A stretch of DNA of 64,000 bases from contig NC_042999.1 of the NCBI RefSeq assembly GCF_006345805.1, positions 123,442,001-123,506,000 of the forward strand, read 5' to 3'. Made by a program: the position numbers and the translations under genes. The DNA is from Octopus sinensis. Taxonomy: Eukaryota. Positions 13,570-26,884 of the stretch are shown piece by piece. The notes below the pieces were generated by a model, which was not told the DNA's origin, made no database searches, and worked only from the letters and a program-made list of their open reading frames with translations. Numbering within the stretch: position 1 is the stretch's first letter; the number at the start of each line of letters is the position of its first letter.

Positions 13570-14921
13570 CTAAGATTTTAAACAAAGGCTTTAAGATATG
13601 GGATTATGGCTAAAAAAGAAATGCTTTTATCTCAAACAATCTGAATGTATCAAAATGGTTTTGTGGCAAAGTAGGATGGATGCCTGAATGGATAAAGTAA
13701 TGAATGTGTAGATTAGATGTTCTTATCTACTGTATTTCAGTGACAGCGGTAGGAGATTTAATAATCAGTACTTCACCTCTCTTTTGGAAATAAGAGTAAG
13801 TTAGTCTGGAAATGTTAATTGTGACATAGTAACATTGGGGTTGGAGGGGGGGAGAAAGAGAGACAGTCAGACATATAGACAGATAGTGCCACATTAGAAA
13901 CTTATTACCTGCATCTAGCATAAATCACTGGAAGTCATTCATTAATCTGCTGAAATAGGTAAGGTAAAATAGAACACCTGTTCTCTCTATTGCTAAGCAA
14001 GATTTAAAAAGTAAGATCAGGTGATAATTTGATGAATATATAATCTAAGTCTTACTTTATATGGTGGTGGTGATGGTGGTGGTGGTTACATCATTATAAT
14101 CACATAGGGCTGAACTGACAAATAATTGGCCCAAGAATTGCCATGGCTTAGTGCTCAATGAGGCAGACTAAGTAGATTGTTACAACTATTCTCCTTACAG
14201 AGTCTTTTTAATTAGTTTAGAAATGATATTCAAGCTTGTAGGATTGATAATGACCAAAATAAAAGAGAGTAGGTGATCATGAGATAATTTAATCCTTTAA
14301 ATGAATCATACAGATCATTGGTGCTGTTTCATAATGCTAATTTCGGTAGTATTATGCAGATGAAGATACTAATCTATTACAAGCATTTTCTCCCAGAAAT
14401 TCTGGTACCAATTCCCCTAAACTAGAATATAATGGCTTTCCTTTAAATACTTTGAAATCTCAGCAGATTTTGAACTCACAAGCCATATGTTTGTTGTAGA
14501 ATGTCTTATCAACATAACTTTTCTGTATAGGTGATCATGACCCATTAGGAAATGCATGAATGGAATTTAGCAAAAATTCATTTGGAAAATGACCAAAAGT
14601 TTTGGCAGTAGTATCATTCTTTTATATTTCCATCTGGATCCTCAAAAGACACTGATATCTCTTGCTTTAGATTGTTTGCCAACATATATGAAAATACATA
14701 GTAATAAAAGTGATTTTTTTTTTAGAAATACTTCAAACATTGGCAGAACCTAGCTTTGTTGGCACTTACTATAATAAAATATCTTGGTGACTTCATTTTA
14801 CAGTCATGATATAACATAATGATTTTTCAATCGATAGTCTCAATCTGGTATGATATTTTAGGTGCAGTTTTGGTGCTACAAACTGTGATTTTTATACACA
14901 GTTCTCTTCTACTGCTGTTTA

Positions 14922-16466
14922 TCTCTCTCTATATAAAACTGAGAATGTGTGTCTGTCTGTCTGTGTGTTTCCCTAAAACTTGAGAACTACACAACCAATT
15001 TCATTCAAATTTTACACATGCCTTACTTAGGGTCCATGTAGTTTCATGGGCAAAACAAAATGTTCAACTTCTTGCCTAGGGCGAGCCCATAGCAATATCA
15101 TATCTTCTCTACTATTTCAGTATTACGTGTTAAAAGTGAAACAAAAACATTTCTCTATTTTATGTCAGATACTTTCACTTAAACAATAAAAATTAGAGAT
15201 AATAATAACAATTGAATTATATGTAGTAATTAATAATTGAAATCAAACTAAAGTATAATATAATCGTAACATAACAAAAGTAAATATAGAAATTGGTATA
15301 AAATTGCATCAAGGACTTGAACTTGAATAGTCCAGATGGAGCTGTGCACATACTATTTAACACAGCTTTTACATTAGATTATCTGCTAATTAGCTAGCAT
15401 TAAGTATCTATATGAAGTTTGGCTGTATGTAATGTCTGTTTTCTCAAACAGCCGCTTCTACTGAGTACTGCTGTTGGTTTATTTCTTATACATAAAGGAC
15501 TATAGCTTCAACTGCGTACTGCTTTTTGATTCATCATAAGGTTTGTTGTTATTATCATTACTGTTTAACTATTGTTATCACGTTTGTTGGTTCCTCATAA
15601 GGGAAACGTTGTTGTGTTGCATTTGTTAAATAATTGTATACTGTAACCCTCCCTCTTTGGGAGAAGGAGCTTTGGTTATTGTTTAAAAATTGAATTGTGT
15701 CCCTGTTTGAGGAAATTGACAATATTTTCACCGTTTATATGGAAGCATTTTTCTTAGAATGCCTTCAATAGAAGAAAGTCCAAAAATGAATTTTGCTGCA
15801 GCCGTCGGCGAGTGCAAACTCATTAAAATTAAAATGGAAGAAATACAAACCTATTTCGGATTGATCACCAACAAAGACGGTGAATCTAGGATAACACTAC
15901 CAAATGAAATAAAAAATCAAATTAAAGAAAAGACTATTGTCTATAAAGTATACAATGTAGAGAAAAAAAAAGATTTGAACACCTGGAAGAAAGCAACATC
16001 GAAAAGTGTCTTTGTGCAACTATGAAAGATATCAAACCAGAGGCGGTAAATTTGCCACAATAGCAGTAAGGTTCGAGTCAACGGAGCGTGCAAGGGAGTA
16101 CTTGACTCGAACCTTGCAAAGTGGAAATATTTTATTTTTACCTTTATATCTGGGATGTAGGGCATCCCGTATAAAAATTTAAAATGCCTCCCCAGAAGTA
16201 GAGGTAGGCTGGATGGTAGCCACACTTCTATACAAGAGGGAGGACAAGATACAATTGATCGAAATTGTAAGAGACAGGCCTACAATTCCAGTCTGTTATA
16301 TATTTTGAGTATTGTTATCCCTAGCGATATCAAGATATAACTTTGTATTTTGTATTTTATGTGTAGATGTATATATATAGATGTACATGTAATATGTACA
16401 CATACATTTACACATATATACATGCACTATATATTATGACCCGGCAATGACGGGTCATAATGCTAG
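14922..16466 (+). mobile_element. Non-autonomous Helitron (~1545 bp)
   Basis: 5' end A|TCTCTCTCTATATAAAA. A perfect 10-bp stem TTATGACCCG-gcaatga-CGGGTCATAA lies at 16434-16460, followed by CTAG|T at 16463-16467. Inserted between A and T with no TSD. Confidence 0.85.
15759..16308 (+). pseudogene. Captured decayed coding fragment inside the Helitron, resembling a LINE ORF1 (RRM-like)
   Basis: Frameshifted reading ...IVYKVYNVEK/KRFEHLEESNIEKCLCATMKDI/YQTRGGKFATIAVRFESTERAREYLTRTLQSGNILFLPLYLGCRASRIKI*NASPEVEVGWMVATLL. The ORF1 assignment is inference. Confidence 0.45.
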
Positions 16467-17175
16467 TTGTAAATATAGTTCAAATTAAGTATCGATGCAA
16501 ACTTAGTTAACCAATGTGTTGATCTACAAGTGTCTAACATAATTTTCATGTTTATGTGTTACCAAATCAATTCTACAATGCTTTTCAATTTATTAAACTA
16601 AATGAATAAATAAAGTTGTCTAAATTCCCACAAAAACGTTTGGCTAATAGAACCTGACAGAGTTACAGACAGTTTCAAATAATAATAATAGAAAGTCTAT
16701 AGGTCTTAGTTAATGAAATGACATTCACAGCAGTTAAAGGATAGGTTAAATCCCAGTAATTAACTAGGATTCCACTTGATTCCTTACGCAGGTATCTATA
16801 AGCAAATGGAAACTAAATGGTTATGAAATCATGACTGAGTTGCTGTCTGGCCGACACCTTAATATAATTCTTCCAAGAGATGACAGACTCACCTTATTTG
16901 AGAAATAAATTTCTGAAATGAAATGCATCCTGAATATCTACAAGCATGACTAGATTTCAGAAAACTCAAATGTTTTACTTTCAGTGCAGTTGCTTGAGTT
17001 TGTGTTTGTGTGTTGTTTGTATGTGCATAAGATAATACTATTCTGAGGTCCAGTTTCTGAAAAGGATTTCATTATAAACACATGTTATTTTGTTTAACAT
17101 TATCATTATGACAGAAAACACTCATAGCCTGACCAACAACTGACCTTACAATTCAATACTGAAGTATTAACTCAC

Positions 17176-17290
17176 CAAAAAACAGTGCATCAGTCAACGT
17201 TCTGCTCAGTCTTGACAGTCTATGGCTTTTCATCAAACACAAGAATGTTGCATATTGCTTTCTGTACATCAAATATCTTTTCCATGAATA
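17176..17290 (-). CDS. Candidate internal exon of an unidentified host gene (phase 0 to 1)
   Basis: Strong acceptor ctaatgtttttcag and donor G|gtgagt. Only one frame is open across the 115 nt: YSWKRYLMYRKQYATFLCLMKSHRLSRLSRTLTDALFF. Confidence 0.45.
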
Positions 17291-17562
17291 CTGAAAAACA
17301 TTAGGATTTGTATTAATGAAAGCTGTTTTCTGATTAATACTGAAATTAGGATGAAATATTCTTCCAAATGATCTTATCTCAAATCACTCTTGCATCTAAA
17401 GCAACATTTATTAAAGTTTTGGGGTTCAGTTAACTGGCTATAACCTTTTTTTTATAAAATGTGGTTTTTGTACATATGTAAGACAGTAATCATTGTTAAA
17501 GAATGTTAGTTTGATTGGGGACATATTTGCTATAATCTATTTCTATCACCACCCTCTCTCTT

Positions 17563-17607
<45 letters not shown>

Positions 17608-18461
17608 TTCTCTCAAAATTACACAGAATATTTTTCTTAGCAAATGAATTAGATTCTTAAAAATCTATGTAAAATAAGCCATTTTTTACAAGTGGGGCCA
17701 GATTTCAGAATTATGTATTTTTAAACAGTTTAAAAATGACCATAATTCCAGTTAACTAACCTCAAATGTTGTGAAGCAATTTCTGTTGCTTAACCATTTT
17801 CCCAAATTTGTTTATTATTTTTTTTTTTTTTTGCATTCTAAATAATTCAGCTGCCAAAACATGATAAACAAAAATGCTTTTCTGAACATAAAATTTTGAA
17901 CAGAAAATCTTCCTCAATGTAAAATTATTTAATATTGAAAAGACATAGTTCTGAGCAGTAACTAAACATTGAAAGAAGCAAAAAAAAAGAAAAAAAGCAA
18001 GTTAACAAGAAAAAGCAGCAAAAACTACTGCAGCAATATTTATAACAAATTTGAAATGTATTTAACATTACTGTAGTTTCAGTGACATTACTAGTGGCAA
18101 ATGTCACATATTTCATGACTTCTGTTACAGTTTTTCATCATAACAAATTGACAGCTTGGCCTAAACTTTAAATCTATTGAATTTTTTTTCCCTAAAGCAA
18201 AAGATACTACTTTGAAATAAAAAGTGAAACCAATATGGGGGGACAGTTAAAATTGAATTTTCTTTATTCTTCAATTTAACTCTGCTATAATATGATATTT
18301 GTGTAGTAAGACTAGCAGTTTTTATGATTTCTATCATTAAAAACCTTGGAAAATGTCTTTAGCATAGATGTACAATAAGATTGCAGAGTGCACATATGGC
18401 CAGGTCACATTATATTGCTTTACAGCTTAACTCTTGTAGAAAACCATGCAAGAATAAATAC

Positions 18462-18525
18462 CATTCCACTCAGGTGATTTGGTACAATCTTCAATGCTTT
18501 ATGCACCTTCATGATGCAAACAAAT
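18462..18525 (-). CDS. Weaker candidate exon (phase 2 to 0) upstream of the 17290 exon
   Basis: Acceptor tttataattttaaag and donor ATG|gtattt. Single open frame FVCIMKVHKALKIVPNHLSGM, which joins in phase to YSWKR... Confidence 0.25.
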
Positions 18526-18720
18526 CTTTAAAATTATAAAAATATACAAACAAATAAAACATTTTGATATTTTAAGCCATTATATTTAAAATTTATGATT
18601 TAATTAGAATTGGCATAAATGAAGTTTGTTCTTCTAATTCTCTATTAGAGGTAATGAATACAAAGGCATCGTTGATGATCATCTGTTTAAATACCAATAC
18701 ATTTACATTTCTAATTAGTA

Positions 18721-20012
18721 GTGGGTTGGCAAATAAGTTCCCGCTGTTTTTTAAAATTTTGGAATTTATTGCGTTTTTAAATTTTGGAATCTATTTTTTT
18801 CAAGAATTCTATTTTTGAATCATTTTGGAATCTATTTTGCTTTTTTCTAGTTAATTTTAGGTAATTTTTATTTATTTTCAGATCATTAAAATGGAATGTC
18901 TAGTTAAGAAAAACGAGCATTTTTGACACCTCCTTTTTGTTTTTAACGAACGTTCTAAGGCCGCAAAATCTGCTCATGACATTTGTGCTGTGTATGGAGA
19001 GGATGCCATAGCTGAAAGAACTGCTCGTGATTAGTATGCCAAGTTCAAAAATGGAAATTTTTACCTCAAAGACACACCTCGTTCTGGCTGCCCAGTTGAG
19101 TTCAATGAAGAGCGATTAAACCAACTTTTGCATGAAAATTCTCATCAAATGACAACAGAACTGGCAGAGAAAATGAAATCCTCCCACACTGCTATAGAAA
19201 AGCATCTTCACTTGATGGGAAAGGTTTAGAAGTATGGAGCATGGGACGCATGCTTTAAGTGACAGCAACAAAAATCAACAAGCCACAATCTCCACTTATT
19301 TGCTTGCTCATCACCACTCAACTCATAGACACAAGCAATGATTTCTTTACGAATTATTACTGGCAATGAAAAATGGTGCCTGTATATCAATATGAAGCAG
19401 CGTAAGGAATGGCTTAGCCCCAGTAAACAAGCAACACCATTTGTGAAACAAGATCTTCATCCACCTAAAATGATATGTGGATGGTGGGACTGGGAAGGGA
19501 TTATCCATTACGAATTGCTTGAATGGAACCAAATGGTCAATGCAGAACTCTATGTTCAACAGATGGAACGACTCAGCACGGCTATTCAAGAGAAAAGACC
19601 TAATCTTCAGCATGGAGTTCTTCTGCTGCACAACACCCACCCTTATATTGCCAATATGACCAAGGAAGCCATTCAAACACATGGCTGGGAAGTGCTGCCA
19701 CACCCACCATACTCTCCTGATTTGGCACCAACAGATTTCCACTTCTTTCAATCTCTTTCAAATGCTATGCATGAAGTTTCATTCAATACTGATGCAGAAT
19801 TGAGAGCTTAGTTGGATCAATTTTTCGAGTCGAAATTGGGTGATTTCTACCAACAAGGTATTGAAAATCTTGTTGAACGTTGAGAAGAAGTTGTAAACAA
19901 GGGTGAATACATTATTGATTACTTAGCTGTTATTTTTTATTAAACCTTTTAAAAAATTTAAATTTAAAAAAATTTAAATTTTTAAAAATGGCAGGAACTT
20001 ATGCCAACCCAT
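18721..20012 (+). mobile_element. Full-length decayed mariner transposon (~1292 bp)
   Basis: TA TSDs at 18719-20 and 20013-14. TIRs GTGGGTTGGCAAATAAGTTCCCGCTGTTTTT and AAAAATGGCAGGAACTTATGCCAACCCAT. Confidence 0.95.
18891..19920 (+). pseudogene. Mariner transposase pseudogene
   Basis: HTH region (AVYGEDAIAERTARD*YAKFKNGNF..DTPRSG), RIITGNEKW (catalytic D to N), WWDWEGIIHYELL and HPPYSPDLAPTDFHFF. Several stops and frameshifts. Confidence 0.92.
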
Positions 20013-20594
20013 TACATCATAACTGGAAATACTTTTACTCACATTTAGTGAACTGATTTCAGTTGTAATATTTGACGGATGCATGTTTTTTTTTAATCCT
20101 ACAAATATTCTACTGCCGTTATGTTAAGAAATAGATATTGTGTAAATGTTGCCATTTCTGATTAACCATCATAAAAATAATTTTGCATGACCAGTTATTC
20201 CTTGCTTGACTGTTTAAATATACATATATATATATATATTCTGAGAAATGTGGAGAGATCAAGTTTGCTACCAGACCATATGGGCCAAGCTGGATGTTAC
20301 TGTGAGAAAACTTCAGTGTCTTTTACTGTAACATGAACTGACCAAAGCCTTATAAATAGAATTTTATAAACACTGTATATGTTTACGTGTGGGTGGAGTG
20401 CATGCACACATATGTACATATATTCATAAACCCCAACAGCCATCTGTCACAAGTGAGTATGATTTGGGACCAAGCTTTCACAAGTTGCTTTAGGTGCTTA
20501 AGTAGTCATGAACCAACATAAATATCCAGAGTGTCTGTTCATGACCCAGCTGAAAGGCAAAAGTGTAACAAGAGGGAAAAGGAAAGGTGTGTAT

Positions 20595-20732
20595 CAACAC
20601 TTGGCTGGTTCTAATTTTAGCTAATGTGTCTGGAACAACATGCCTTATTTAAGAATACAATGTATCACCTGATCCTGGAATCGATCCAGCACCTTATGAT
20701 CATGAGCCCAGCACTTTAACCATTAGGCCATG
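20595..20732 (-). mobile_element. Degenerate tRNA-derived SINE head (same head type as 33001-33280)
   Basis: The 3' end of the + strand reads GAATCGATCC...ATGATCATGAG...CACTTTAACCATTAGGCCA, the reverse complement of an A/B-box head. Confidence 0.55.
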
Positions 20733-22104
20733 CATCGTAACATTTGTGTGTGCATGTATGTGTATCTTTGGTTAGGGTGTGTGTTTGTGTGTATCTAGTT
20801 TTATGTCTATATTTACATCAGTTAAAAGTGGAAACAGTGTTGTGTTCATGCTGTGTGCTACAACTTGATTATTTGGTAAATAAGGAGCAATAGTTACAGA
20901 CAAATAAGTACCACAAATGACATTGTGCTTTTTAATGCCAAATGTCTAAAAGAGATGCTTTCTTGAGATGAATACAACAATTTATCAGGATTTCAGTGAT
21001 GTACACGATTTAAGTATGATACACAGATTGCTATTTTGAACTAATACTGCTTTTATCACTCAATGAATTTTAATCCAGCCTCTTGGCTAATTACAACAGT
21101 GATTTCTCAGTCACTGTCTTACTTTATTAGTAGTGGCCAATTTTGTCATAACATATGGTTACTAGTCGATACTTGCTAGAGACAAAGCCCAAAGATGGAG
21201 AAATATACATTCAGCAATGCTGCTAACAATTTTCATTTGCTAATGATATATTTCTGTGGGGGGTTTTTTAACACTAAATATTTATAAGAGATGCTTTCTC
21301 AAGATGATACTGCAGTTTATCAGACTTTCAATGACATACATGTTTTAAGTGTAATACACTGATACACAGCTAGATTATGAAATATTTCTCCACCATACTT
21401 GCAATCCACTGACAGAAACTAGTAAAAGACTAAGAGGTGCACACACTGTTGCAGCAATTATGCTTTTAGGTGGATATGTACAGTTAACTACTCAATCATT
21501 AAAAAATGTAACTTGCTATCAACTAGACAGATCTTAACAATTATGCTGCTTTCTCAGAGAGAAAACACAATTTCTTTATAAAAATTTTAATCCAAGGTCA
21601 TGTAGTTAATAAGGAAACATGAGATAAAATTCAGAATAATACTAACTTCAGTAATTATTGTATTAATTACATGTGAAATTATTAACAGACACAACAAGTA
21701 ACCTATATACACGATCATTTCATGGAGCGCTTGTTTTAAAAATTTTTTTCATCTGCATACCTTTCAAAAAATTTTCTAAAAGCATCCACAACGATTTCAA
21801 TATAACCAAACATCAAATTTACTTTTTAATCAATAAATCTTCCAATAAAGTTCAAATGTTATCAATGAAGTGGAGAAAAAATACAGAATAAAAAACATTG
21901 ATGTTCACCTATAGTTTTATATGTACAATAAGAAATAGACATCATGCATAAACATGGATACAAACATTTATATGTTTACCAACATATAAATTTGTACATA
22001 TGTGTATATATATATATATGCATACATATATGTATGTATATATATATATATACATACATGCATAATATATGTATGTATATATATATATACATGCATAATA
22101 TATG

Positions 22105-22186
<82 letters not shown>

Positions 22187-22963
22187 AAGACAGAAGTAGT
22201 AGTAATGCAGATAAACATGATTAGGCCTTAAATATATATATAAAATATATATAGGAATGTGTATAGATACAAAAACTAAATATATTCAGAAAAAAATTAC
22301 ATATGTACAAGCATATAGATATTTATACATATTGACAAATAAATTTACCTTAACATGGTGCAGAAAATGCAGAAAATTAAGGGAAGAGTGCATGGTGTTT
22401 TGACTCAACAGCTGTTTCTGGGAGCTCAGAATTATGTAATAGTTGTAATGTTCATAATTAGATGGTGGAATGTGCAAAAGTCATGGACATGCAACCAATA
22501 GATGCCTGCTTAGAGACATTAGTGTAATGCTGGCTTCCTTCATCAAGAGAAAGGTTGACAAATAGCTGTGCACATCAGGATGCAAGAGACTTAAAGGTTG
22601 AATGGAAGAAGAGGAAGAGAGAAATAAAATACAAGGAGATGGGAGATACTGGCGGCTTAGGGAGGGGGAATGGAGAAGGAGAGGAAGAGCAAGGAAAAGT
22701 AAGAAAGAAATGACATAAAAAACATTAATATCACAAAATAGTTTGCATAAACAATAAAAAAAGCTAACTTCAACTACACAAAAATTTAAAAGATACAATG
22801 CAGTCACTAAGTAACAACTGACAAAGGAACACACCCACATAGTGTACAGTGGTAAACTTTTAAAATTGCACCAAATTAAGAACATGCCCATTAGCTGGAA
22901 ACTGTATAAAAAGTTAAACAAGTTAGATAAAACTTTGTTGGTATACATTGGTGCTACCTTCAA

Positions 22964-23244
22964 AGACTTTTGCCGAACCGCTAAGTAACGGGGACGTAAA
23001 CACACCAGCACTGGTTGTCTAGCAATGCTAGGGGGACAAACACAGACACACAAACACACACACGCATATATATATACATATATACGACGGGCTTCTTTCA
23101 GTTTCCGTCTACCAAATCCACTCACACGGCTTTGGTCGGCCCGAGGCTATAGTAGAAGACACTTGCCCAAGATGCCACGCAGTGGGACTGAACCCGGAAC
23201 CATGTGGTTGGTAAACAAGCTACTTACCACACAGCCACTCCTAT
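22964..23244 (-). mobile_element. tRNA-derived SINE family B (3'-truncated)
   Basis: Reverse complement of AGGAGTGGCTGTGTGGTAAG...GGTTCAGTCCCACTGCGTGGC...GAAACTGAAAGAAGCCCGTCG with the internal (TA)/(TG) tract. Confidence 0.9.
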
Positions 23245-24544
23245 ATATATAAAAAAAAATACCTTTTTAAGCACATCTATCTCTATGTATGTACTTTTCT
23301 TTAATGTTGGAACATGGTTGCTTCACGATAGTGGTGATATAGTTGCCAAATCTTATAATTATATCCATCCATTCCCTTGACATTCTGTTCATCCAACTCT
23401 CTTTCTGCCCTATTCGTCCATCAGTCAACCCATTCATCCATCCATCTATATATCAATAGAACGCTTTACATTATTTTCTTTTGTAGTAAGTTATTACACA
23501 GCTGAAATTTATGCAAGCAAAACTTTAAGACATAAAAAGCCACTGTCACAGATAATATAAACAACATGCTGAAATACTAAATCCATACAGCTATGCAAAA
23601 TTACCTTCACTTAAATTTAACTGATAAGTGAACAACTGAGTGCTTTATTTCTTGACAATGCTGGAGTAATACATACATACATAATATATACATATATATA
23701 TATAAAGTATTCTTTATACAGTAAATTAACAGAACATTAGCAGTGGCTCAAATTTCATGACTGGAAGTAACTGCTTTCACTTGGATTCAATGCAGATTTT
23801 CCATCAGGTCTACATTCTTCAGGCTACAAAATTAATTGATATTGACATTTTTGCAGGCTGAAGAAGGCAAATGTAATGAAAAACATTTATATACTCAGAG
23901 CATTATCAAGCTATGAAACTTGAATCATTGCTAATATTCCATTAATTTACTATGTAAAAGCTACTTTGTGGCCTCATATGAAATGAATGCTTTCACTTGT
24001 TGAATTTTACCCGCATGATAATCATTACTGTCATCATCATTTTAAATTATGTTTTACATGCTAGAATGCGTTGCACAGTTAAAGGGGATCTGAAGGTTGG
24101 TAGGGCCTCATCTTGCTTCAATGTTTCAGTTCTGGCACGGTTTCTATGACAGGAAGCCCTTCCTAACAGCAACCATATCACAGAATGTAATGGGTGCAAT
24201 TTTCCATAGCACTAGCACTATATAGCTTGTCTAGCAATAAGCGAGAGATTAAAGAGTCCTCTCAAACTCTGCATTGTCATTGCTCGATTACAGAGTGTAT
24301 TGGATGCTTTTTATCATGACACCTGCATTTGAAGACCACAAATTGAAATAGTAGCAGTGAGAGTAACAGAAAGTACCTGTATACATTATCAATGTCACAT
24401 ACTAATGTATGTGAGTTGTTAAACGCTTTTAGGCTGCAGCGATTTATCCAGGGAATTTCTCTTTAAGACAGAGTATTAAAAGAAACACAGTATAATCCAA
24501 AGCCAGATAAAATAAATCACCCTGGCAGTGAATGAGAACAGATA

Positions 24545-24900
24545 TCATCATCATCATTTAACGTCCGTTTTCCATGCTAGCATGGGTTGGACGGTTTAAC
24601 TGGGGTCTGTGAAGCCGGAAGGCTTCATCAGGCCCAGTCAGATTTGGCAGTGTTTCTACGGCTGGATGCCCTTCCTAACGCCAACCACTCCGCGAGTGTA
24701 GTGGGTATTTTTTACGTGCCACCTGCACAGGTGCTAGACAGAGCTGGCAAACGGCCACAAACGGATGGTGCTTTTATGTGTCACTGGCACGGGGCCAGGC
24801 GATGCTGGCAACGGACACGAACGGATGGTGCTTTTACGTGCCACCGACACGGGGGCCAGACAGAGCTGGCAAACGGCCACGAACGGACGGTGCTTTTATT
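24545..24900 (-). mobile_element. RTE-LINE 3' UTR fragment with (GAT)n tail
   Basis: Reverse complement ends CCAACCCATGCTAGCATGGAAAACGGACGTTAAATGATGATGAT, the same tail as the RTE at 56136-57636. Contains ~55-60 bp internal tandem repeats. Confidence 0.85.
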
Positions 24901-24930
24901 TCATAATCCTTTCTGCTCATCGGTGGCTCA

Positions 24931-25250
24931 TACAGTAATACCTCACTTTATGAGGTCCTGCTTTATGAGACTCTGAACTAAATACAAAGGTTTCCACTAC
25001 CATAACAAATGCATCTGATTGTTACCAAGAAATTTGCAGAGAGCAAAGACAAGCTTCTTCTAAACAAACAACTCTAGACTTGTTTTTTTAAAAGAAATCT
25101 ACAAGTCTGTCTATGAGTGCTTGTGAATTGGTGATCACATCTACAAGTGATGGCTTGCACATGTCTTGTGTGAGTGAAAGTGGGAAATTATTGCTCTGCT
25201 TTATGAGTCTTCACTTTATGAGCAGTCTCCAGGAACAAATTAACTTGTAT
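24931..25250. mobile_element. Possible Tigger/pogo-like MITE relic
   Basis: TA|CAGTAATACCTCACTTTATGAG start and repeated CTTTATGAG subterminal motifs. The right TIR is not clearly seen. Confidence 0.3.
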
Positions 25251-25284
25251 ATCAATACATTGCTGTACTCAATTGACACTTGAA

Positions 25285-25642
25285 ACAAATTTGAATTGCT
25301 GGCCTGAAATATATACAGATTGTGTAAAAATCTATCTTCTGATGTGCAAAGGTACCACACAAATGAAACAAATTCAAATTTTGTGTGAGAAGCAGCTCTA
25401 AAATGTGAATATTATCAATATTTATGGCACACATGAACAGAAACAACTGAAATATCTACATTTAGGCGCAGGAGTGGCTGTGTGGTAAGTAGCTTTCTAA
25501 CCAACCACATGGTTCCGGGTTCAGTCCCACTGCGTGGCATCTTGGAGAAGTGTCTTCTACTATAGCCTAGGGTCGACCAATGCCTTGTGAGTGGATTTGG
25601 TAGACAGAAACTGAAAGTAGCCTGTTGTATATATGTGTATAT

Positions 25643-25713
<71 letters not shown>

Positions 25714-26215
25714 GTGTTTGTGTGTCTGTGTTTGTCCCCCTAGCATTGCTAGACAACCGATGCTGGTGTGTTTACGTCCCCGTCACTTAGCGGTTCAGCA
25801 AAAGAGACCGATAGAATAAGTACTGGGCTTACAAAGAATAAGTCCCAGGGTCGATTTGCTCGACTACAGGCGGTGCTCCAGCATGGCCGCAGTCAAATGA
25901 CTGAAACAAGTAAAAAGAGAGAGAGAAAGAGTATCTGCCATTCTCATTTTCTTCTGGGGTGATTTGTTTCCCCTGGCATTGACAGTTTATACTCTACCTC
26001 TTTAACAGGACCTTCTCTGGATGGAACATCACAGCTACAAGCATTTAACAATGCACACATACGTTAAATATGTAGCGTTGTTATTGTTTACATTATAGAA
26101 CTGCTTCTAACAAAATTTGAATTTTCTTTTACATGTGCAGCACTTTTGCTCATTAGAGGATAAAATTTACACCATCTGTATATACTTCAGACCAGCAATT
26201 TGAATTATTCCAAGG
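25285..26215. repeat. Degenerate ~170-bp inverted repeat (25285-25450 vs 26050-26215) enclosing a SINE
   Basis: AATTGCTGGCCTGAAATATATACAGATTGTGTAAA... on + matches AATTGCTGGTCTGAAGTATATACAGATGGTGTAAA... on the minus strand of the right arm. Similarity continues through CAAATTTTG...AGAAGCAG.TCTA.AATGT. Confidence 0.65.
25465..25922 (+). mobile_element. SINE family B, full length
   Basis: A-box TGGCTGTGTGG, B-box GGTTCAGTCCC, central (TA)n, and 3' end GCATGGCCGCAGTCAAATGACTGAAACAAGTAAAA. Confidence 0.92.
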
Positions 26216-26884
26216 GTGAATTGAGTATATAGCATTGATGAGCAGAAATAACTGCGAAATTTCAATGTCTGTTGTTCTTGTTCACTTCCAGACTGATTTG
26301 TTTACCCTGGATTTTGATATATTTGCACAGCAACTCTAAATTAATGTCTATGAACAGTAAGCTAGTAAATATTATCTTCACAGGTAGTTTCACTTTCTAC
26401 ATGGGCAATGATGGTAATGATATGCAAAGGAGCAAAAACAGTGCCTGCTTCTGAATGCATTTTTTCACAAGTAGTTATAAGACAATGCAACTTTCTCTAT
26501 AGAATGTATGAGGCAAATCCTTCAGATGAGTTTTTACTGATGGTAGTGCACTGAGTTAGTCAGTTTAACCACTATTTACACAGTAAGGATAAATGTATAT
26601 TTATTAAACATACACAAATATATCTATTTACAACATATCTGCAAATATTTTGTGTGCGTATTTTAGTTGATTACCATTCATACATATATACAGACATACA
26701 TATCTATCTATCTATCTATCTATCTATCGAATGATATATATATATATATATACATGCATATATATATAGTGTCATTATTCAGTTTTATTTTAAGACTTCT
26801 TGCCTATAGAGAAAGAGTCGGTTTCTAAATCCAAGGCTCCTTCATTGGAATTTCAACAACATCAACAGGGTATTTTTGTATGTA

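Noticed and set aside
20043-20098. Possible minus-strand exon with a strong gtgagt donor (LKKNMHPSNITTEISSLN)
   Set aside because: The acceptor is weak and the phase (2 to 0) cannot directly precede the 18525 candidate. The evidence is too thin.
21942-22218. Many ORFs rich in Y/I/C/V/H/T (also at 29302-29847, 33402-33995, 37424-37640, 55251-56050)
   Set aside because: These are translations of (TA)/(CA)/(TACA) microsatellites with no protein-like complexity.
22340-22408. Possible minus-strand exon KQLLSQNTMHSSLNFLHFLHHVK
   Set aside because: Plausible AG/GT boundaries, but no phase-compatible link to the other candidates was found and there is no homology cue.
24587-24976. GC-rich ORFs (also at 28299-28830)
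   Set aside because: They are antisense translations of the RTE 3' UTR tandem repeats.
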